Positions 51,525 to 59,392 of a stretch of DNA of 64,000 nucleotides are shown in pieces; the first letter of the stretch is position 1; each line of letters opens with the position of its first letter. The stretch covers positions 23,534 through 87,533 of the forward strand of contig CACJQM010000005.1 in the NCBI GenBank assembly GCA_902595555.1, in the 5' to 3' direction. The translations under genes and the position numbers were made by a program. A model generated the notes under the pieces. It was not told the DNA's origin. It saw only the letters and a list, made by a program, of their open reading frames with translations, and did no database searches. Source of the stretch: an uncultured Bacteroidota bacterium. GTDB lineage: Bacteria > Bacteroidota > Bacteroidia > Flavobacteriales > Flavobacteriaceae.

Positions 51525-52772
51525 ATGTCTGATTTATTTAAAAAATTTGAAAATAATATGGGTCCGCTTGGTAAGTGGGCATCAATCGCTGAAGGCTACT
51601 TTGTTTTCCCAAAATTAGAGGGTCCTATATCCAATAGAATGACCTTCAATGGCAAACAGGTCATAACATGGAGCGTAAACGATTATTTAGGTTTATCTAA
51701 TCATCCAGATGTAAGAAAAGCTGACTCAGAAGCTGCCAAAGATTATGGTTCAGCTTATCCAATGGGTGCTAGAATGATGTCTGGCCATACTTCAATGCAT
51801 GAAAAGCTTGAAAATGAACTTGCAGACTTTGTTAATAAAGAAAGTGCTTATGTCTTAAACTTCGGATATCAAGGTATTTTATCTATTGTTGACACTCTAG
51901 TTAACAAGAATGATGTGATTGTTTATGATATTGATTCTCATGCATGTATTGTAGATGGTGTACGATTGCATGTGGGTAAGCGTTTTACATTTCAACATAA
52001 TGACATTGAAAGTTTAGAAAAGAATTTAGTAAGGGCTCAAAATATTACTGAAAAGACAGGTGGTGGTATATTAGTTATATCTGAGGGTGTTTTTGGTATG
52101 AGAGGTGAGCAAGGAAAAATTAAAGAAATTGTTGATTTAAAGAAAAAATACAATTTCAGGTTATTAGTTGATGATGCACATGGTTTTGGAACATTAGGAA
52201 GCGATGGTTCTGGTGTTGGTAATGAACAGAATGTTCAGGATGATATTGATGTTTATTTTGCAACTTTTGCAAAATCACTGGCCTCGACAGGTGCTTTTGT
52301 AGCTGGTTCATCCAATGTAATCAAGTTTTTAAAATATAATATGCGCTCCCAAATGTTTGCTAAATCGTTACAAATGCAGCTAGTGATAGGAGCAATCAAG
52401 CGCTTAGAAATCCTCAAAAAAGAACCACAACATAGAGAAAAGCTTTGGAAAAATGTTAAAGCACTTCAATCGGGTTTAGTTAAACACGGTTTTGACATAG
52501 GAACCACAAAAAGCTGTGTAACTCCAGTATTTTTAAAAGGCGATGTTCCTGAAGCAATGGTACTTGTTAAAGATCTTCGTGAAAAACATAATATTTTTTG
52601 TTCAATAGTTGTTTATCCTGTAATTCCCAAAGGGCTAATATTATTAAGATTAATTCCAACTGCAGCTCATACAATGGATGATATAAATGAAACTTTAGAT
52701 TCATTCCTTGCAATTAGAGATAAATTGGAAAATGGTCATTATAAAAAGATTTCCGAGAGAATAACTGCCTAA
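51525..52772 (+). CDS. alpha-oxoamine synthase family enzyme, serine-palmitoyltransferase-like (candidate cysteate-C-fatty acyltransferase CapB/SulA-like; alternatively Kbl/BioF-like)
   Basis: 415 aa. WSVNDYLGLSNHP, DDAHGFG and PLP-Lys context FATFAKSLAS. Starts 1 nt after the upstream stop. Confidence 0.7.
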   Translation: MSDLFKKFENNMGPLGKWASIAEGYFVFPKLEGPISNRMTFNGKQVITWSVNDYLGLSNHPDVRKADSEAAKDYGSAYPMGARMMSGHTSMHEKLENELADFVNKESAYVLNFGYQGILSIVDTLVNKNDVIVYDIDSHACIVDGVRLHVGKRFTFQHNDIESLEKNLVRAQNITEKTGGGILVISEGVFGMRGEQGKIKEIVDLKKKYNFRLLVDDAHGFGTLGSDGSGVGNEQNVQDDIDVYFATFAKSLASTGAFVAGSSNVIKFLKYNMRSQMFAKSLQMQLVIGAIKRLEILKKEPQHREKLWKNVKALQSGLVKHGFDIGTTKSCVTPVFLKGDVPEAMVLVKDLREKHNIFCSIVVYPVIPKGLILLRLIPTAAHTMDDINETLDSFLAIRDKLENGHYKKISERITA

Positions 52773-52774
52773 GT

Positions 52775-52803
52775 TTTGAATTTATAAAATTTGTTTACAT
52801 TTG
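52775..52803 (+). promoter_or_regulatory. Bacteroidota-type sigma-A promoter candidate for pyrR (TTTG -33, TAcaTTTG -7)
   Basis: TTTG at 52775-52778. After a 17-nt spacer, TACATTTG at 52796-52803 matches TAnnTTTG exactly. The ATG at 52811 is only 8 nt downstream, which implies a leaderless or near-leaderless mRNA. Confidence 0.4.
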
Positions 52804-52810
52804 CACTTTA

Positions 52811-53374
52811 ATGAGCGTGCTGAACAATAAAAAAATCTTAAACGCTTCAAAACTTTCATTAATCCTCAATCGATTAGCTAGTCAATTATTTGAAAATCAC
52901 AATGACTTTTCTGAGGTTGTGTTAATTGGCCTACAGCCAAGAGGAACAATTTTATCAAAAAAATTAAAACAACTTATTGAAAAAAATTATTCAATTAAAA
53001 ATGTAAATCTTGGTTTTCTAGATGTTACCTTTTTTAGAGATGATTTTGGAAGAGGAGATAAAATCTTAAGTGCTAATAAGACAGCGATAGATTTCATTGT
53101 GGAAGATAAAACCGTTATACTTATAGATGATGTTTTATACACTGGAAGAAGTATAAGAGCAGCACTTTCAGCTATTCAGTCCTTTGGAAGACCCAAAAAA
53201 GTTGAGTTATTAAGCTTGATTGACAGGAGGTTTTCAAGACATCTACCAATTCAACCTGATTATTGTGGTATTCAAGTAGATTCTATTAATAATCAAAGAT
53301 TAACAGTTAAATGGGATGAGCTAGATGGTGAGGATGCAGTTTATATATATAAAAAAGATGGGAAAAAAACTTAG
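52811..53374 (+). CDS. pyrR: bifunctional pyrimidine regulatory protein / uracil phosphoribosyltransferase PyrR
   Basis: 187 aa. PRPP-binding motif VILIDDVLYTGRSIRAAL and the overall PyrR layout. Confidence 0.9.
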   Translation: MSVLNNKKILNASKLSLILNRLASQLFENHNDFSEVVLIGLQPRGTILSKKLKQLIEKNYSIKNVNLGFLDVTFFRDDFGRGDKILSANKTAIDFIVEDKTVILIDDVLYTGRSIRAALSAIQSFGRPKKVELLSLIDRRFSRHLPIQPDYCGIQVDSINNQRLTVKWDELDGEDAVYIYKKDGKKT

Positions 53375-54284
53375 TGTTTCTAACTTATTGGGTATTAAAT
53401 ATTTATCAGAAAAAGATATTAATTTAATTTTTGAAACATCTGATAATTTTAAAGAAGTCATTAATAGAAAAATAAAAAAAGTTCCTAGTCTAAGAGACAT
53501 TACTATAGCTAATCTATTTTTTGAAAATAGTACCAGAACAAAAATTTCATTTGAATTAGCTCAAAAAAGACTTTCGGCTGATATTGTAAATTTTAGTTCA
53601 TCTGGTTCATCTATAAAAAAAGGGGAAACTTTAGCAGACACTGTTAATAACATCCTTTCGATGAAAGTAGATATGGTTGTAATGAGACATCCAAGTCCTG
53701 GTGCAAGTGTTTTTCTTTCAAATAATGTCAATTCATGCATAATAAATGCCGGTGATGGTTGTCATGAACATCCTACTCAAGCCTTATTAGATGCTTTTAC
53801 ATTAAGGGAAAGGTTCGGTTCATTAGATAATAAGAAAATTTTAATTACTGGTGATATTCTACATTCCAGGGTTGCTTTATCCAATATTTTTATATACAAA
53901 AAATTAGGTGCTGAGGTTAAGGTTTGCGGACCTAAAAGTTTAATTCCTAAGTACATAAATGATTTAAACATAACATACGAACCTAATTTTGATAAGGGAT
54001 TAAAATGGTGTGATGTAGCAAGCATGCTTAGGATTCAAAATGAGAGAATGAAAGACAGTTACTTCCCTACAACAAGAGAATACGCTGTACAATATGGACT
54101 TGATTTAAACAGACTTAATTCAGTTGACAAGGAAATTATTATTACACATCCTGGGCCTATAAACAGAGGAGTAGAATTAAATAGTGACGTTATTGATTCA
54201 GGAAAAACAGTAATATTAGATCAAGTTGAAAATGGTGTTGCGGTAAGAATGGCAGTCATGTATTTGCTTGCTGCTAAATTATGA
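53358..54284 (+). CDS. pyrB: aspartate carbamoyltransferase catalytic subunit
   Basis: Carbamoyl-phosphate motif ENSTRTKISFE, HPSPG and HEHPTQALLD. ATG at 53358 is preferred over 53325. Confidence 0.93.
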   Translation: MGKKLSVSNLLGIKYLSEKDINLIFETSDNFKEVINRKIKKVPSLRDITIANLFFENSTRTKISFELAQKRLSADIVNFSSSGSSIKKGETLADTVNNILSMKVDMVVMRHPSPGASVFLSNNVNSCIINAGDGCHEHPTQALLDAFTLRERFGSLDNKKILITGDILHSRVALSNIFIYKKLGAEVKVCGPKSLIPKYINDLNITYEPNFDKGLKWCDVASMLRIQNERMKDSYFPTTREYAVQYGLDLNRLNSVDKEIIITHPGPINRGVELNSDVIDSGKTVILDQVENGVAVRMAVMYLLAAKL

Positions 54285-54571
54285 ACAAAAATTATATAAA
54301 AATTTGTATTGATGACAACTATATTTCAAATGATAGTGAGAATCAATTTTCAGAAAATTTCGATAATAATATAATTGTTGAATTTAAAAATGATAATCCA
54401 AAAAAAAATATCCTAGAGTTTTTAAATAATCACAAAAAACAATCAAAAAAATCATTAGTTATCGTATCCAATGTAATAAATAATAAAAATTATTTATTTT
54501 CAATTGTTCCTACTTTTCAAGAAGCTTTAGATATCATTGAAATAGAGGAAATTGAAAGATTAATTAGTTAA
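54281..54571 (+). CDS. hypothetical small acidic protein
   Basis: 96 aa. Coupled by ATGA to pyrB and by TAATG to the RNase Z gene. No motif recognised. Confidence 0.5.
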   Translation: MNKNYIKICIDDNYISNDSENQFSENFDNNIIVEFKNDNPKKNILEFLNNHKKQSKKSLVIVSNVINNKNYLFSIVPTFQEALDIIEIEEIERLIS

Positions 54572-55341
54572 TGATAAATTCATTAAGAATATTAGGATGT
54601 TACTCTGGTTCAGGTGGTTATAACAGGTATCCGTCATCACAATTACTTATCTTAAATAATAAATCATATTTGATTGATTGTGGAGAGGCTACCCAATTTT
54701 TATTAAAAAAATATAAAACTAAATTAAGTTCAATTGATAATATATTTATCTCACACCTACATGGAGATCATTATTTTGGACTTCCTGGCTTAATATCATA
54801 CTTTAATTTAAAAGGAAGAACTAAGGATCTTAAAATCTATGCTCCAAAAGGCTTAAAAGAAATTATTACGCTAATGATGAAGTATGGGAAATCATGGACC
54901 AGTTATAATTTAATTTTTAATGAACTTGATCATAAGAGCCTCCAAATTATTAATAATGATGAAATTTCAGTTCATACATTAAAATTAAATCACAGAATTC
55001 CTAGCACAGGTTTTTTATTTAAATCAAAAAAAAATCAAGATATTTCATATGCTTATTGCTCAGATACATCTTATAATCCTCAGATTTCAAGTCTTATTGA
55101 GGGAGTTAATATTTTGTATCATGAGTCTACTTTTTTATCAAAACATCAAGATTTAGCTGATAAAACAAAACATTCTACTGCACTGGAAGCTGGTAAAATA
55201 GCTGTAAAAGCAAGAGTAAAGAAACTGATCTTAGGACATTTTTCATCCAGATATAAAAATTTAGATGAATTCAAAATTGAAGCAACTTCATTGTTTTCAA
55301 ATACATTTATTGCCGAGGAAGGGAAAATATATACTTTTTAA
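54571..55341 (+). CDS. rnz: ribonuclease Z-like metallo-beta-lactamase, short form lacking the flexible arm
   Basis: 256 aa. HLHGDH (motif II), LNHRIPSTGF (III), YCSDTS (IV), the RNase Z-specific LYHESTF (HEAT-F-like) and KHSTALEAGKIA...LGHFSSRY. Only about 23 residues separate motifs III and IV. Confidence 0.75.
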   Translation: MINSLRILGCYSGSGGYNRYPSSQLLILNNKSYLIDCGEATQFLLKKYKTKLSSIDNIFISHLHGDHYFGLPGLISYFNLKGRTKDLKIYAPKGLKEIITLMMKYGKSWTSYNLIFNELDHKSLQIINNDEISVHTLKLNHRIPSTGFLFKSKKNQDISYAYCSDTSYNPQISSLIEGVNILYHESTFLSKHQDLADKTKHSTALEAGKIAVKARVKKLILGHFSSRYKNLDEFKIEATSLFSNTFIAEEGKIYTF

Positions 55342-55358
55342 ATATTAATTTTATAACG

Positions 55359-55997
55359 ATGAAAGATTTATCTGACTTTAGAATTAGTTATGAAAAATAT
55401 AATTTAAGTGAAAATTCAATTAGTGAGGACCCTCTATCACTATTTAAAAACTGGTTTGATGAGATTTGTGACTCAAAACAAGTAAAAGAGCCTAATGCTA
55501 TGACATTGAGTACTGTCGATAGTCAAAACACACCAACTAATAGAGTAGTACTTCTAAAAAAATTCTCCGAAAAAGGTTTTGTTTTTTATACAAATTATGA
55601 TAGTAGAAAAGGAAAAAGTATTGCTAATAACCCCAATGTTTGCATCTCTTTTTTTTGGCCATCACATGAAAGACAAGTAATAATTAAAGGTTCTTGTAAA
55701 TTATTATCTGATAAAGAATCTGATAAATACTTTTATTCTCGGCCTAAAGACAGTCAGATAGGAGCGGTTGCTTCTGATCAAAGTAAAGAAATTCCAAATA
55801 GAAAGTTTATTGAGGACAAGTTTAGATTATTAAATGAAAGTAAATCCAAGATAACTAGGCCAAAACATTGGGGAGGAATCATAGTTAGTTGTGACTCCAT
55901 TGAATTTTGGCAAGGCAGAAAAAACAGATTACATGATAGGATTTTATTTGATAAGGATAAAAAAAATAATTGGGTTTATAAGAGGTTAAGTCCGTGA
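55359..55997 (+). CDS. pdxH: pyridoxamine 5'-phosphate oxidase
   Basis: 212 aa. RVVLLKKFSEKGFVFYTNYDSRKG...IEFWQGRKNRLHDR. Confidence 0.93.
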   Translation: MKDLSDFRISYEKYNLSENSISEDPLSLFKNWFDEICDSKQVKEPNAMTLSTVDSQNTPTNRVVLLKKFSEKGFVFYTNYDSRKGKSIANNPNVCISFFWPSHERQVIIKGSCKLLSDKESDKYFYSRPKDSQIGAVASDQSKEIPNRKFIEDKFRLLNESKSKITRPKHWGGIIVSCDSIEFWQGRKNRLHDRILFDKDKKNNWVYKRLSP

Positions 55998-56476
55998 AAA
56001 AACTTACAATTATAAGGCATGCCAAATCAGACTGGAGTTTTGATGTTCCTGATATGGATAGACCCATTTCGAAAAGAGGGAAAAATGATGCTCAAATTAT
56101 GGCTGAGTTAATCGATACAATAAATTGTTTTCCACAAATTATTTATTCAAGCCCCTCTAAAAGAACAGTTGAAACTTATGAGTATTTTTTTAAATATTCT
56201 TCTGTATTTAAAAATATTGAGTTTCAAAAGTCTAATCAACTGTACGATTTTAGTGGATATAATGTTTTGGAATTCATTAGAAATATTGATGATGCTTATT
56301 CAAGTGTAGTGCTGTTTTCCCACAATAATTCATGTAGTTTCTTGACTGCTGAACTAGGTGGTGAGTATAAACATGTACCAACATGCGGAATAATTATTTT
56401 TGATTTTGATGTATCTTTGTGGAGTCAAATTACAGATGGAAAATTAAATCATTATTTTCCTAAATCTTACAGATGA
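55994..56476 (+). CDS. histidine phosphatase superfamily protein (SixA-like)
   Basis: 160 aa with a GTG start (GTGA overlap). N-terminal catalytic RHAKS motif (LTIIRHAKSDW) and a later FSHNNS. Confidence 0.75.
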   Translation: MKKLTIIRHAKSDWSFDVPDMDRPISKRGKNDAQIMAELIDTINCFPQIIYSSPSKRTVETYEYFFKYSSVFKNIEFQKSNQLYDFSGYNVLEFIRNIDDAYSSVVLFSHNNSCSFLTAELGGEYKHVPTCGIIIFDFDVSLWSQITDGKLNHYFPKSYR

Positions 56477-58518
56477 AACAGTATACATTCAAAAATAGAG
56501 AGATAAGCTGGCTGGATTTTAATGCTAGAGTTTTACAAGAAGCTGAGGATTCGAATGTTCCTCTAATAGAAAGAATTAGATTTATAGGTATATTTTCAAA
56601 TAATCTGGATGAGTTTTACAAAGTAAGATATGCTACCGTTAAAAGGATAGCTCTTTCAGCTAAAAAACAAAAAAAATTATACAAAGGACTAAATGCTATT
56701 GATTTACTCAAAGAAATAACAAAAAAAACAATTTCATTACAAAATAGGAGTACAAATGCATTAAATACAATAATTGATAAATTAAAGTCTGAAAATATAT
56801 TTTTTGTTGATGAAAAATCAATTCCTAAGAAATTTATAAATTATATAAATGAGTATTTTATTGAGAAAATTCAACCACAGCTTGAAATAGTTGTTCTTGA
56901 TGAAAAGTCAAAGTTTCCCAATCTAACTGACTCATCATCTTTTTTGACTATTAAAATAGTTTCTAAATCATTTGATCATAAATACGCACTAATAAAAATA
57001 CCTACACAGTTAGATAGATTTTTAGTTTTGAACGAAACTAAATGTAAATATGTCATTCTAATAGACGATATAATTAGATATCATTTAAATGAAATTTTTG
57101 AGATTTTTTCCCCTAAGAAGATAAATGCCAATATGATTAAAATTAGTAGAGATGCTGAACTTGATTTTGCTTATGATATTTCAAAAAGTTATTTAGAAAA
57201 AATTTCACTTAGTATCAAAAATAGATCAACAGGAGAACCTGTTCGTTTTGTTTATGACGATAAAATTGAAAAAGAAACCTTAGATTTTCTTTTAGATAAG
57301 TTAAATTTTGATAATAATACCGATAGTATTATACCTGGAGGTAAGTACCATAATAGAAGAGATTATATGTCTTTTCCTTCAATGAATCAAAATAAACTTA
57401 ATTATGAGAAACTTAAACCACTTGACTTATATAATTTTGATTTATCAAAAAATATATTTGATACAATAAAAGAAAGAGATTACCTGTTACATACTCCTTT
57501 TCATAAATTCACTTATATATTACGATTTTTAACTGAGGCATCAATTGATCCAAGTGTAACAAAAATTTCGATTACTATCTACAGGTTGTCAAAATTATCA
57601 AGTGTTGCAAATGCATTAATCAATGCAGCAAAAAATGGTAAGGAAGTTACTGTACAAATTGAATTACAGGCAAGATTTGATGAAAAAGCTAATATCAAGT
57701 ATGCTAAATTATTAGAAGAGCAAGGTGTAAAGCTAATTTTTGGTATTCAAAATTTAAAGGTTCATGCTAAAATCTGTGTTATAGAAAGAAAAACACCAAA
57801 AGGTTTAGAAAAGTATGGTTTTATTAGCACAGGTAACTTCAATGAATCTACAGCAAAAATATATACGGATTTCACATTATTCACACACAATAAGAAGATT
57901 TTAAATGATGTATCTAAAATTTTCAAGTTTTTTAATGCTAATTATAAAAACTTTAAGTACGACCACTTGAAGCTATCGCCATTCGATACACAATCATTTT
58001 TCACAAAAATGATTAAACGTGAAATCAAAAATGCAAAAAAAGGCCTTACAGCATCTATTAAAATTAAGTTGAATAGTCTTACTAGTTATGCCATGGTTGA
58101 GGAACTATACAAAGCTGCAAAACAAGGAGTTAAAATAAAAATGATTATTAGAGGAATTTGCTGTTTAATACCAGAAAATGAAAAAAATATTGAAGTTATC
58201 AGCGTTGTTGATAGATTTTTAGAACACACTCGTTTTTTTATATTCAATAATAATGGTAAAAATGAAACTTATATTTCATCAGCAGATTGGATGACTAGAA
58301 ACCTAGACAATAGGGTAGAAGTTACATGTCCTATATTAGATAAAAATATAAATGATGAAATAAATAATATTTTTAATATTTATTGGTCTGATAATATTAA
58401 ATCTAGAAGAATAAATACAGAAATTCCAAATCAATATCAATCTAATCCAAAAAGTAAAAAAGTTATTAGATCTCAAATTGAGATCTATAATTACTACAAA
58501 TTAAAACTTGAAAAATAA
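56473..58518 (+). CDS. ppk1: polyphosphate kinase 1
   Basis: 681 aa. N-terminal NREISWLDFNARVLQEA...FIGIFSNNLDEFYKVR and two PLD-like C-terminal domains (KVHAKICVIE, RFLEHTRFFIF). Confidence 0.96.
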   Translation: MKQYTFKNREISWLDFNARVLQEAEDSNVPLIERIRFIGIFSNNLDEFYKVRYATVKRIALSAKKQKKLYKGLNAIDLLKEITKKTISLQNRSTNALNTIIDKLKSENIFFVDEKSIPKKFINYINEYFIEKIQPQLEIVVLDEKSKFPNLTDSSSFLTIKIVSKSFDHKYALIKIPTQLDRFLVLNETKCKYVILIDDIIRYHLNEIFEIFSPKKINANMIKISRDAELDFAYDISKSYLEKISLSIKNRSTGEPVRFVYDDKIEKETLDFLLDKLNFDNNTDSIIPGGKYHNRRDYMSFPSMNQNKLNYEKLKPLDLYNFDLSKNIFDTIKERDYLLHTPFHKFTYILRFLTEASIDPSVTKISITIYRLSKLSSVANALINAAKNGKEVTVQIELQARFDEKANIKYAKLLEEQGVKLIFGIQNLKVHAKICVIERKTPKGLEKYGFISTGNFNESTAKIYTDFTLFTHNKKILNDVSKIFKFFNANYKNFKYDHLKLSPFDTQSFFTKMIKREIKNAKKGLTASIKIKLNSLTSYAMVEELYKAAKQGVKIKMIIRGICCLIPENEKNIEVISVVDRFLEHTRFFIFNNNGKNETYISSADWMTRNLDNRVEVTCPILDKNINDEINNIFNIYWSDNIKSRRINTEIPNQYQSNPKSKKVIRSQIEIYNYYKLKLEK

Positions 58519-59392
58519 GTTAGAAATAGATAAAGTCGCGACAATTGATATTGGATCCAATGCTATAAGACTATTGATATCAAATGTTTTTTCTGTAAAT
58601 GGAAAATTGCAACATACAAAAAACTCTTTATATCGTGTTCAGCTTCGATTGGGAGAGGACTCCTTTAAAAAAGGTATAATTAGCCCAAAAAATCTTGAAA
58701 AATTAAAATCAACACTAAAATCATTTAAATTTTTAATGGATGTAAATGATGTAAAAAAATATTTGGCATATGCGACATCAGCAATGCGAGGCATAAGTAA
58801 TGCTGAAAAGCTACTTAAATCATTGGAAATTGAAACAGGTGTTAAGGTTGAAATAATAACAGGTAAAAAAGAATCAGAGATAGTTGCAAAAAACGACATA
58901 AGTACACACATTGGAAAAACAAAGAACTATTGCTTTATTGATGTAGGAGGTGGTAGTACCGAAGTTGTAATATATAAAAAAGGAGAGTTTTACAAGTCTA
59001 AATCATTTAAAATTGGAGGGGTAAGGTTAATAAATGGGCTTGTCGAGGATTCAACTTGGAAAGAATTCGAGCTTTGGCTTAAAAGCCATGCAGTAGAATT
59101 AAAAAAATTAAAGATTATTGGTATTGGTGGGAACATAAATAAATTATATAAATTATCTGGTGTAAAATATACAAAGCCACTTGAAAGAAAAAGATTCAAA
59201 AAGACCTTAGTTAGACTTGAAAATATGTCATATACAAAAAAACTTACCAAACTTAAATTGAATCCAGATAGAATAGATGTTATTGTTCCAGCTGGAAAAA
59301 TTTATTTTTTCATGATGAAGACTTTAGGAATTAAGGAAATATATGTTCCTCGAATTGGACTTGCTGATGGTATGGTTAATGAAATAATTTAA
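58508..59392 (+). CDS. ppx: exopolyphosphatase (Ppx/GppA family, N-terminal two-domain form)
   Basis: 294 aa with a TTG start. ASKHA-fold motifs ATIDIGSNAIRLL and IDVGGGSTEV. Confidence 0.88.
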   Translation: MKNKLEIDKVATIDIGSNAIRLLISNVFSVNGKLQHTKNSLYRVQLRLGEDSFKKGIISPKNLEKLKSTLKSFKFLMDVNDVKKYLAYATSAMRGISNAEKLLKSLEIETGVKVEIITGKKESEIVAKNDISTHIGKTKNYCFIDVGGGSTEVVIYKKGEFYKSKSFKIGGVRLINGLVEDSTWKEFELWLKSHAVELKKLKIIGIGGNINKLYKLSGVKYTKPLERKRFKKTLVRLENMSYTKKLTKLKLNPDRIDVIVPAGKIYFFMMKTLGIKEIYVPRIGLADGMVNEII

